Below are positions 39,988 through 48,274 of a stretch of 64,000 nucleotides of DNA, piece by piece (position 1 is the first letter of the stretch; every line of letters begins with the position of its first letter). Source of the DNA: an uncultured Verrucomicrobiae bacterium (GTDB lineage Bacteria > Verrucomicrobiota > Verrucomicrobiia > Chthoniobacterales > UBA10450); NCBI GenBank assembly GCA_963756875.1, contig CAVWPA010000003.1:96001-160000 (forward strand), written 5' to 3'. The notes under the pieces were generated by a model. That model searched no databases, was not told the origin of the DNA, and saw only the letters and a program-made list of their open reading frames with translations. Both the position numbers and the translations under genes were made by a program.

Positions 39988-41820
39988 ATGAGAACGGTTT
40001 GGCGTGTTTTTGCTTATCTGAAGCGTTATCCATGGCTGGCCATGGGCACGCTGGCCTGCGCCATCACGGGCACGCTCATGGTGATCGTCTTTCCCGCGGT
40101 CACCAAGCGAATCATCGACGACGTCTTGCGCGGGCATCATCCGGAGAAACTGCTGCCACTCATCTTGCTGGCAGCCGCCGCTTTTCTCATCCAGCACGCG
40201 TTCGATGCACTCCGGCTCATCTTGAACAACACGTTTGAACAAAAAGTGATTTTCGACCTGCGAAGCGATCTCTATTCGCACATTCAATTGCTTCCGTTGC
40301 GCTGGTTCGACAATCGCGCCACCGGCGACCTGATGACGCGCGTGATCGAGGATGTGAACTCGGTCGAGCGCGTCCTGATCGACGGCATCGAACAAGGCGC
40401 AGTCGCGGTGTTGCAGATCGTCATCGTCATCTGTGTGATGTTTTATTTCAACGCGAAGCTGGCGCTGCTTGCGCTGGTTCCATTTCCATTTTTGATCGGT
40501 GGCGCGTTGAGTTACACGCTGACAGCCCATCGGCGATATCGATTGCAACGCCGGGCCGCGTCGGACATGAACGCGCTGTTGCACGATAATCTTTCCGGCG
40601 TCCGCCAGATCAAAAGTTTCGTGCGCGAAAAGGAGGAACACACGCGATTCAATCGCGTCAGCGACCGGCTTCGCCGCGCCACACTCGTGGTGATGCGGGT
40701 CTGGGCCATTTACAAACCTTCGATGTCGATGTTCGAAGCAGCCGGCGCTGTGATTGTGCTCGGATTCGGCAGTCACGCGGTGCTGACAGGCACAATGCAG
40801 CTTGGCAATCTGGTCGCCTTCCTGATGCTGACTGCGTTCCTTTACGATCCGGTCAGCCGGTTGCATCAGCTCAATCAACTTGTTCAGGCGGGACGGGCGG
40901 CAGGCGAACGCGTTTTTGAAATTCTCGACGAACCGATCGAGCCCGGTTGGGACGCGGACGCCGGCCAGATGCGCGTCGTTGGGGACATTCGCTACGAGGA
41001 CGTCAGTTTCAGTTACGCGGAAGGGCTTCCTGCCCTGCGGCATATCTCGCTGCACGCCCGGCCAGGCCAAACCATCGCGCTCGTCGGCGCAACCGGCGCA
41101 GGCAAGACCACCCTGGTCAATTTGCTTGCGCGCTTTTACGAATTCACCGAGGGCGAAATTTATGTCGATGAAAAAACGATCCGCCAATTCGGCGTGCGGG
41201 CTCTGCGTGAAAACATCGGTCTCGTGACGCAGGAAAGTTTCCTTTTCAACGGCTCGATCCGGGAAAACCTGTTAATGGGAAAGCCGGGCGCAACCGAGCC
41301 CGAAATATGGCGCGCGGTGGAAGCCGCCAATGCGCGGGAATTCATCGAGAGGTTGCCGGATCGCCTGGAAAGCGTGGTGGGCGAGCGGGGCGTAAAATTA
41401 AGCGTCGGCGAGAAGCAACGGCTCTCGATTGCGCGCGCGCTTTTGAAGGATCCACCAATCTTGATTCTCGACGAAGCGACCGCCAGCGTGGACACCGCAA
41501 CGGAGCGATTGATCCAGGAAGCACTCGATCATCTCATGGCCAATCGGACATCGATCGTGATCGCGCACCGGCTTTCCACAATTGTGCGCGCAGACCAGAT
41601 TCTCGTGCTCGATCGCGGACGCATCGTCGAGCGCGGACGACACGAAGAATTGATCGCGCGCGGCGGAAGATATGCCCGACTGTGCGAACAGAGTCTGCTG
41701 GAGGTCCCAGGCGCGCGCGACCTCGGAACGGCTGAGCGAAGTTCCATAGAGCCGGCCGTCGTTTCCAGCGAGGCCAAAAACGTTTCGGAGGAAGACGACG
41801 AGATTACTCTTCCGACGTAG
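39988..41820 (+). CDS. ABC exporter, fused permease/ATPase (MsbA-like)
   Basis: TM domain; GATGAGKT, LSVGEKQR, ILDEATA, IAHRLST. Confidence 0.9.
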   Translation: MRTVWRVFAYLKRYPWLAMGTLACAITGTLMVIVFPAVTKRIIDDVLRGHHPEKLLPLILLAAAAFLIQHAFDALRLILNNTFEQKVIFDLRSDLYSHIQLLPLRWFDNRATGDLMTRVIEDVNSVERVLIDGIEQGAVAVLQIVIVICVMFYFNAKLALLALVPFPFLIGGALSYTLTAHRRYRLQRRAASDMNALLHDNLSGVRQIKSFVREKEEHTRFNRVSDRLRRATLVVMRVWAIYKPSMSMFEAAGAVIVLGFGSHAVLTGTMQLGNLVAFLMLTAFLYDPVSRLHQLNQLVQAGRAAGERVFEILDEPIEPGWDADAGQMRVVGDIRYEDVSFSYAEGLPALRHISLHARPGQTIALVGATGAGKTTLVNLLARFYEFTEGEIYVDEKTIRQFGVRALRENIGLVTQESFLFNGSIRENLLMGKPGATEPEIWRAVEAANAREFIERLPDRLESVVGERGVKLSVGEKQRLSIARALLKDPPILILDEATASVDTATERLIQEALDHLMANRTSIVIAHRLSTIVRADQILVLDRGRIVERGRHEELIARGGRYARLCEQSLLEVPGARDLGTAERSSIEPAVVSSEAKNVSEEDDEITLPT

Positions 41821-41858
41821 CTGCCGGCCGGAATCCGGCGACCGCCGAGACGGTGCCG

Positions 41859-42428
41859 CTACGTGATCTGCTGGTGCTCCTGGAAAAGCTCCTGGTATTT
41901 GCGTTCCAGCTCCGCGTAACGGCGCTCGACTTCCTCCAGCGCGCGACGTTCTTCACGCAAACTTTGCTCCAGGTCGCGAATGCGTTCCGGCATGTCGATT
42001 GAAATGCCGCTTGCTGCGGGCTCGTTGGAAATGTTGGGCTCCGTCTCCTCACTCGAGGCGAAGGGAGTTTGGTCGCCGAGTTGCAGCATGGCCGACATTT
42101 CCAGGACCTGCCGCCGCGTTCCGTCGCAGGAATTGATTACGAATGTTTCTTCATTGATTTCGCCAAGGCGAATAAACTCCTGGATCGCACCAAGCGTGGT
42201 CGGCCCGTAGTAGCGTTCACTGGTAATTTCCACCAGCCAATCCATACCCAGTTCCGGGACCATCGGCGCTTTGATCCAGCTTCTCTGATCGCCCGAAACC
42301 ATGTCGTGCGGGGCTACCTGGGCGGCCGATGCCCACCGCGCAAGCTGTTCAAACGAAAGTGGCCCGAAAATGGTGCCGTCTTCGTGCTTGCGCAGGAACC
42401 AGCTTTGAGTCGTGGCCGATTCTTCCAT
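41859..42428 (-). CDS. Hypothetical protein with two GYF-like repeats and a C-terminal coiled coil
   Basis: W...FGPLS and W...YGPTTL repeats; heptad-rich C-terminus. Confidence 0.55.
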   Translation of the reverse strand: MEESATTQSWFLRKHEDGTIFGPLSFEQLARWASAAQVAPHDMVSGDQRSWIKAPMVPELGMDWLVEITSERYYGPTTLGAIQEFIRLGEINEETFVINSCDGTRRQVLEMSAMLQLGDQTPFASSEETEPNISNEPAASGISIDMPERIRDLEQSLREERRALEEVERRYAELERKYQELFQEHQQIT

Positions 42429-42440
42429 TAATCATTCGCC

Positions 42441-42923
42441 TTAAGGGGACGCGGCGGGCGCAGGCGTGGGTGAAGGTGGAATTAAAATGGTTTGGCCGGC
42501 CTGCAACCTCAGCGGGTTGTCGATGTGATTGTATTGCTGCAGCTCGCCCACGCTCACGTTGTGCGCCCTGGCGATGGAAGTCAGTGTCTCGCCGCGCCCG
42601 ACAATGTACGAGTTTTCAGCTCCCGCTTTCGCCGGCTCGACGATCGCGACTGAAGCCCTCTTCGCCGGCGTTGGCGTGGCTTCTCCGATCATCACGCCGG
42701 GACGCATCTTCGCAATCTGCCGCTCGAGCTGGAGGATATGTTGCGAGAGCGCGTCGATCTTTGCATTTTGTTCGTCGATTTTTTTGGCCAGCGCCCGGAG
42801 CTCGCTGGTCTGCGTCGGCTTGGCCGTTGGTTCGACCGGCCTCGGAGCAAAAGTTTGGGCCAAAGCCGCCCGACCGGGAAATGCCACCAGAACCAGCGCG
42901 ACCAGGGCAGCGGCGGATTTCAT
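42441..42923 (-). CDS. Secreted coiled-coil plus LysM protein
   Basis: Signal peptide from ATG 42923; YIV.RGETLTSIAR...N.I.NP..L.AGQ.I.IP. Confidence 0.85.
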   Translation of the reverse strand: MKSAAALVALVLVAFPGRAALAQTFAPRPVEPTAKPTQTSELRALAKKIDEQNAKIDALSQHILQLERQIAKMRPGVMIGEATPTPAKRASVAIVEPAKAGAENSYIVGRGETLTSIARAHNVSVGELQQYNHIDNPLRLQAGQTILIPPSPTPAPAASP

Positions 42924-42983
42924 TCCCCTGATTTTGGCATCACCGGCTTTTTCTGGCAAGCCGGTCGCGCTCTTATATGCGGC

Positions 42984-43264
42984 TAGGAGGCTGTTGAAAT
43001 GCTGGAATGGGTCGCGCGTAGAGGCAGAAGGGGCGGATGGCAAGAAGCGAGTGAGGCGCATCCCCTTTAGCGGGCTGCAACGAGCGAGTGACGCGGCCAG
43101 CCGCCCCTTCTGCCTCGCGCCCGGTGGGTTGCGTCGTTTTTGGCGTTGGCCAACGTTGCTCGCTTGGCCGAGATCGCTGCGGATATCGGCGCTGCGCTCG
43201 CGCCTTGGCCAACGCCAAAAATCAACAGCAACTCGGCCCACTCCAGTATTTCAACAGTCTCCTA
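42984..43264. mobile_element. MITE-like element, 281 bp
   Basis: 28-bp terminal inverted repeats (25/28), TA at both ends, two long internal hairpins, no credible ORF. Confidence 0.7.
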
Positions 43265-43300
43265 TCTTGCCTTTGGTCCATTTCGCCTTAGTTTTTTAAC

Positions 43301-43477
43301 ATGCCGGAGCGCACTCAAAAACCAATCGATCCTGCTCCGTGGGGCCCGAAAGAAGGCGAGGGCGGCGGCCCGCGGTCGCCGGATATTTCCAGGCCCGACA
43401 CAAAGGATCTCCTAAAAAAGATGCGCAAGGTCGATCCCAATCAATCCAAGCGCTATCGTCAGCGCACGGGTCAATAA
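43301..43477 (+). CDS. ubact: Ubiquitin-like protein UBact (Pup analogue), 58 aa, not in the ORF track
   Basis: MPERTQKPIDPAPWGPKEGEGGGPRSPDISRPDTKDLLKKMRKVDPNQSKRYRQRTGQ*; C-terminal YRQRTGQ; immediately upstream of proteasome beta. Confidence 0.9.
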   Translation: MPERTQKPIDPAPWGPKEGEGGGPRSPDISRPDTKDLLKKMRKVDPNQSKRYRQRTGQ

Positions 43478-43491
43478 ATGGAGTCTCTTCG

Positions 43492-44292
43492 GTGACGTTT
43501 GACCAGAATTTCTCTGGCGCGACGGAGGATTTTCCCGCGCTTCTGCGCCGGAAAGGCCTGCTGCAACAGGTGCCCCAACTGAATCAGACTGCCGTCGACC
43601 CGGCATTTGTGCAGACGGAATCCACTACGATTCTGGCCTTCAAATTCGCAGGCGGCGTTTTAGTGGCCGGCGACCGGCGCGCCACCTCTGGCAACACCGT
43701 GGTTTACGATCGGGCGGACAAAGTGCTCGAAATCGACCGGCACTCCATCATGGCGATCGCCGGTGTGCCGGCCACCGCATGGGAAATGGCGCGCGTGCTC
43801 GAGCACTCGTTTCAATATTTTCGCCGCACCCAGTTGCAGGAGATGAGCGTGGATGGAAAAGTCCGCGCCCTTTCCAAACTGCTGCGCGATAACTTCGGGC
43901 TCGTAATGAGAGGTGTCGGCGTAGTAGTGCCTATTTTTGCGACGTACGATTCGAATTCCTCGTCCGGAGCACGGCTTTACTTTTACGATGCGATGGGTGC
44001 GCAATTCGAAGTGACAGACTACGCTGCGACCGGCTCTGGGTCGCCGGCCGTGCGCGGTATCCTGTATTACGAAAATCACTGGGGCGGCAAGCCGTTACAG
44101 GAACTGAACGAAGAGGACGCTATCACGCTGGCCTTGCGCGCGCTGGACACCGCTGCGGAAGCAGACACCTCTACCGGCGGCGTCGATCGCGGTGGCAGGA
44201 TTTTTCCGATCATCAAGATCGTGTCGCGTGAAGGAATTACCACGCTCGCGGACGAAAAAATCGCCGCCGTTTTTCAGAAAACTGTCGCATGA
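43492..44292 (+). CDS. prcB: 20S proteasome beta subunit
   Basis: GTG start after GGAG; propeptide then TTILAFK...GDRRAT; ATGSGS; TGG. Confidence 0.9.
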   Translation: MTFDQNFSGATEDFPALLRRKGLLQQVPQLNQTAVDPAFVQTESTTILAFKFAGGVLVAGDRRATSGNTVVYDRADKVLEIDRHSIMAIAGVPATAWEMARVLEHSFQYFRRTQLQEMSVDGKVRALSKLLRDNFGLVMRGVGVVVPIFATYDSNSSSGARLYFYDAMGAQFEVTDYAATGSGSPAVRGILYYENHWGGKPLQELNEEDAITLALRALDTAAEADTSTGGVDRGGRIFPIIKIVSREGITTLADEKIAAVFQKTVA

Positions 44293-45068
44293 TCGAGGAA
44301 CCTTATCGGTGGGTCGAGGCGATCGCCAACCGGCGCGAGTACATCGAAACTCAACTGGCAACGGGGCGGCCAATCGCGGCGATCGGCTACCGCGACGGCA
44401 TTTTGTTCTTAACGCTCGGTCGAACGCGGCAAAAGATTTTCGAGATTTACGATCGCGTCGCGATGGGGGCAATCGGGCATCCGGGCGATATCGAGCGGCT
44501 GCGCATGGCGGCGATCGAACTGGCAAGCACGGAAGGGTTCACCCGCTCGGCGGCAGACGTTTCGTTGCGGCGTCTGGCGTACTACTCGCTTAGTCCCTTG
44601 ATGAAAAGCGCGTTCGAGCAGGTTTACGGAGCGCCATATCTGGCCCGGCTCCTTTTTGCCGAGGTTGGTTCGAAACCGGAGGAAGATTTATTTTTGCGGG
44701 TCGATTACGACGGTGCCATTGCCACGAACGGTGCCTCTGTTTCACAACGACAGCGTGATTTTGGTGTTCTGGGCGCAAACCGTCGGTCGGCGGAGCTGAT
44801 GGAATCGTTTTTGCAAAAGGAAAACGCCGCGGGCGCGAGTCTGGAAGAGGCGATCCAAGTAGCGATGAACGCGTGGACTGTAGGCCAGATGGCGACCGGC
44901 GAAGATGCGATAAAGGAATTGCCGAAGTCCGACGCAATTGCCACGTATCGACAAAATCAACTCGGCGAAGCCGGCGTGGAAGCTGCCATTTTGGAACGTG
45001 ACAACAAAACGGCGATTCGTTATCGCATCTTGTCCGACGAAGAAGTTCACTCTTTAATCAAGGCCTAG
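44289..45068 (+). CDS. prcA: 20S proteasome alpha subunit
   Basis: KIFEIYDRVAMGAIG...DIE.LR; ATGA overlap with the beta gene; bacterial alpha-type N-terminus. Confidence 0.85.
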   Translation: MIEEPYRWVEAIANRREYIETQLATGRPIAAIGYRDGILFLTLGRTRQKIFEIYDRVAMGAIGHPGDIERLRMAAIELASTEGFTRSAADVSLRRLAYYSLSPLMKSAFEQVYGAPYLARLLFAEVGSKPEEDLFLRVDYDGAIATNGASVSQRQRDFGVLGANRRSAELMESFLQKENAAGASLEEAIQVAMNAWTVGQMATGEDAIKELPKSDAIATYRQNQLGEAGVEAAILERDNKTAIRYRILSDEEVHSLIKA

Positions 45069-45073
45069 ACGCT

Positions 45074-45868
45074 ATGTCTCGACTGCGACTACCGGTTCCG
45101 GCGGGTACGCAAGATTTTGTCGCCTGGTTTGGCTTGCTGCTCATGGTCGTATCGTTTGCCTGGTTGCAGTGGGTTACGCGGCCGCCATCCTCTTCGGCGC
45201 GCTCAACGGCCTCGCCCGGCCCATTCTCGCTTGTGGTAATCGATCCCGGGCATGGAGGGCAGGATTCCGGTGCGATGTGTGGCGGAGTGCTTGAGAAGGA
45301 TCTGACGCTCGATGTCGCACAGCGGATCGACCGGCTGTTGCAGGCACAAGGGATCGCCACGCTCATGACGCGGACCGGCGACAGCTATCTTTCGCTGGCC
45401 GATCGCGCCGCGATCACCAATCGGGCGCGCGACTGCATTTTCGTGAGTATTCACTTCAACGAAGGGAGCAAACCGGTTTCCAGCGGGGTGGAAACATATT
45501 ACGCCGAGCACCAGATGCCCGCCAAGGAGCCGCTCGTTTCCTGGCTCCCCTTTCTGCAGCGCACAGCTTTGGAGACACCGAATTTCCAGAGCCAAAGCCT
45601 CGCCGGTTTCATTCAGCAAGCGCTGGTGACCGGCACCCAGGAGACAGACCGTGGAACAAAGGCCAGCCAGTTTTTTGTGATCGCGAACGTGCGACACCCC
45701 GCGGTTCTGGTGGAGGGAGGCTTCCTGAGCAACAAGGAAGAAATCGGCAAGTTGCAGAACCCGGATTACCGCGAGCAAATGGCCGCTGCCATCACGCAAG
45801 GAATCGCCCGCTATCGCGACGTATTGAAGCAACGCCAGGGAATACTGGCCGCCACCGGCGGCCGCTGA
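45074..45868 (+). CDS. N-acetylmuramoyl-L-alanine amidase (Amidase_3)
   Basis: IDPGHGG.D.GA, EK..TL, VSIHFN, LVEGGF.SN. Confidence 0.9.
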   Translation: MSRLRLPVPAGTQDFVAWFGLLLMVVSFAWLQWVTRPPSSSARSTASPGPFSLVVIDPGHGGQDSGAMCGGVLEKDLTLDVAQRIDRLLQAQGIATLMTRTGDSYLSLADRAAITNRARDCIFVSIHFNEGSKPVSSGVETYYAEHQMPAKEPLVSWLPFLQRTALETPNFQSQSLAGFIQQALVTGTQETDRGTKASQFFVIANVRHPAVLVEGGFLSNKEEIGKLQNPDYREQMAAAITQGIARYRDVLKQRQGILAATGGR

Positions 45869-45905
45869 ATAGCCGGGGAATAGCCGCGTCAAAGCAACCA
45901 TCGAC

Positions 45906-46634
45906 ATGAAAACCATCATTCCGGCCCTCATTCTTCTGGCCTCGGTCTCGCTTCTCCGCGCCGACCAAACCATCCAGAACGTGCAACAGGCGCTCAAGGA
46001 TCAGGGCTTCTATTACGGCACACTTACGGGCGAAAAAAATGCGGACACGATTGCGGCAATCCGGCGTTATCAAATTCGCAACGGCTTGCAGGTGACCGGC
46101 GAACTCGACGACGAGACACTCCGCGCACTTGGAGTTGGAAAATCCTCGCACTCCGTCGCAAAGACAAGGCCTTCAGCCACGCCGGAAACCGCCGACTCCC
46201 GAACCACGTCGCGCGAAGAAGCTATTCCCGCCAGCCCGACGCCGGCGGAGCTCGCCTCGACACGGCCGCCGGATCGAGAAGTCGTGTATCCTAGCAGGGC
46301 CACAGCCGCGACACTGGAAGGGGGCGATCTTTTCGCCAGAACGCCATATGAGACGGCGTCTCCCGAGGTCCAGCGCAACGTGGTTCTTTCCGCTCAACGC
46401 AGCCTCGCACAACGCGGTCTTTACCGCGACGAACTCGATGGCATTTATGGCCCGAGCATGGCGTTTTCCTTGCGCGCTTATCAGGCGCGCGCCAAACTGC
46501 CTGTCACGGGGCGGCTCGACCTGGAAACGTTGGCCGCGCTTCGACTTTTGCCGGGCGCAAACACGCCGGTTTACGTTCCCCACCGGCGATTCCTTCGGGA
46601 GCGACCGGTCCGCGGCGAATGGATTCGGGAATAA
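45906..46634 (+). CDS. Secreted protein with two PG_binding_1 domains
   Basis: Signal peptide; VQQAL...GFY.G...AIRRYQ...GL.VTGELD repeated twice. Confidence 0.85.
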   Translation: MKTIIPALILLASVSLLRADQTIQNVQQALKDQGFYYGTLTGEKNADTIAAIRRYQIRNGLQVTGELDDETLRALGVGKSSHSVAKTRPSATPETADSRTTSREEAIPASPTPAELASTRPPDREVVYPSRATAATLEGGDLFARTPYETASPEVQRNVVLSAQRSLAQRGLYRDELDGIYGPSMAFSLRAYQARAKLPVTGRLDLETLAALRLLPGANTPVYVPHRRFLRERPVRGEWIRE

Positions 46635-46662
46635 ATTCCGGTCGGCGCCCTGAGCGCTGTAC

Positions 46663-47535
46663 CTAATGTGCCGACGCGGCAGCCGGGTTGTGTTGCGATC
46701 TCTCGGGCTCGAGCCGGGCAGACTGCAACTCGCCGAAGACGGTGCCGATAAAAATCTGCGCCTCGGCGCGAAGCGGCAGCCGATTTGCGTCGTCGGAAAT
46801 CCAAATGGTGGCGCGGCGGAATTTGCGATGCGGCTCCAATTCGAAATGCTTGCCAATCTTGTGAAGCCGTAAATCGAGTTTGATCGCATTGTATGTCCCT
46901 GGGCGGACGGAAATCTTTTCCCGCCCGGTCACCGTCAACGTTGCCAGGTAGGCGGAAGTCGCGGGATAAATAACGACCCGATAAACGCTGCCGTTAGTGA
47001 GAGGCTGACTCCGCAGATAGAGAAGCGCCGAATGCATATCGAACAAATTCGTGAAATCGAAGTTGCGTGTCTTGCTTTTGGAAGCATTAGGCCATTCGAC
47101 ACGTTTGCTTTCGACGCCGCCGTTATTGAAAAAAAGGCCGGTGAAAAGCTTTTTCGACCGGTAGCTTTCCGTTTGGTTCGATTCGATGGGGCGCAACGTG
47201 TCTGCATTGACGATCGAGCGGTAATTCACATCGAACTTCCACAGCAGGCGCGCCAATCCGACCGTGCGACCTGTTCCTTCGAGTTGAAAGCGGTCGCTGG
47301 GAGTCTTCGAAAAATGCACTTCAGCCGTGGCAGCAGTCAGCCCGGCCCAACCAAACCGATAAGTGGCACGAACCGACCGGGGCGTGGGAAAATTGCCCGG
47401 AGGCTCTTTACTGACTGTGGATTGCCAGCCGGTAGCATCGCAAATCCCGGGAATAAGACAGGCAACAGTCGCAATGGAAAGAACAGAACACGAAGGCCGC
47501 GGAAGAATGCAGGGCAAAAAGCTTGAAAAGTTCAC
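46663..47535 (-). CDS. DUF3108-like exported protein; start uncertain
   Basis: Y.FGW.G..A, D..SAL..LR, V.G.YNA.K, IWISDD..RLP. Confidence 0.6.
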   Translation of the reverse strand: MNFSSFLPCILPRPSCSVLSIATVACLIPGICDATGWQSTVSKEPPGNFPTPRSVRATYRFGWAGLTAATAEVHFSKTPSDRFQLEGTGRTVGLARLLWKFDVNYRSIVNADTLRPIESNQTESYRSKKLFTGLFFNNGGVESKRVEWPNASKSKTRNFDFTNLFDMHSALLYLRSQPLTNGSVYRVVIYPATSAYLATLTVTGREKISVRPGTYNAIKLDLRLHKIGKHFELEPHRKFRRATIWISDDANRLPLRAEAQIFIGTVFGELQSARLEPERSQHNPAAASAH

Positions 47536-47551
47536 TTCTCCACGGGGTACG

Positions 47552-47589
47552 AAAAAAACACACGCGAGTTTCTGCCCGCGTGTGTTTTT
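47552..47589 (-). terminator. Rho-independent terminator after skp
   Basis: aaaaacacacgcg...cgcgtgtgttttt stem followed by a U-tract on the minus strand. Confidence 0.7.
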
Positions 47590-47609
47590 CCGATTAGCGA
47601 AAGTAAATG

Positions 47610-48218
47610 CTACGGTTTTTTGGCGGGCGGACTCTTGGTGGCTGGTGCGGCCCGGCCCGGCTTGTTCAGGACGGCGATCACGTCATTGGTAAAATCGACG
47701 TCGTTCCTGGAGTACATCAGCAACGGGACGCCGTTGAGGCTCATACCGGATTTATCAAAAACAAAGTCGAGGTTATTGGCTTTGACCTTCTCCATCACGA
47801 CATCGGTAATTTCCTTAACGATGCCTTCCCGCATGCGCAGGGCCTGCTCCTGAAGCTGGCGCTCGCGGGTCTGGCGAAATTCAGTGATCTCCCGCTCCAT
47901 GTTTTTGATATTGGCGATTTTGTCGTCGCGCTCTTTTGCCGTTTGCGCCTTTTTATCCGCGCTTAATGCGGGCGAATCGAGTTGCTTGTTCAGGCCGTTG
48001 ACCTCGTCGAGCACCTTCTTATATGCGTTGGCACGGTCGTCGTATTCTTTTTTGGCCTGATTTTTGGCTTCGTTAATTTTCGCCTCCGCGTCCTTGGTTT
48101 TGTTGAATTCCTTGAAGGCGCGATTCATATCAACGGTGCCGATTTTGATGCTTTGCCCACGCGCTGCGATGGGCAACACAAGCGCCGAGACAAGAGTGAG
48201 AAGGAGGAGTTTTTTCAT
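47610..48218 (-). CDS. skp: OmpH/Skp periplasmic chaperone
   Basis: Signal peptide, KIGTVDM, coiled coil, D.T..VI..LN; directly downstream of bamA. Confidence 0.88.
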   Translation of the reverse strand: MKKLLLLTLVSALVLPIAARGQSIKIGTVDMNRAFKEFNKTKDAEAKINEAKNQAKKEYDDRANAYKKVLDEVNGLNKQLDSPALSADKKAQTAKERDDKIANIKNMEREITEFRQTRERQLQEQALRMREGIVKEITDVVMEKVKANNLDFVFDKSGMSLNGVPLLMYSRNDVDFTNDVIAVLNKPGRAAPATKSPPAKKP

Positions 48219-48274
48219 AGACAGGGATAAACAGTTCGTCGGAAATCGGTTAGACTGCAAGCATCAATATTCGT

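Noticed and set aside
42441..43241. 266-aa version of the LysM ORF and other ORFs over 42984-43264
   Set aside because: Extension runs through the MITE; the signal peptide begins at 42923
43339..43491. N-terminal extension of prcB
   Set aside because: Overlaps UBact out of frame; GTG 43492 has a GGAG ribosome-binding site
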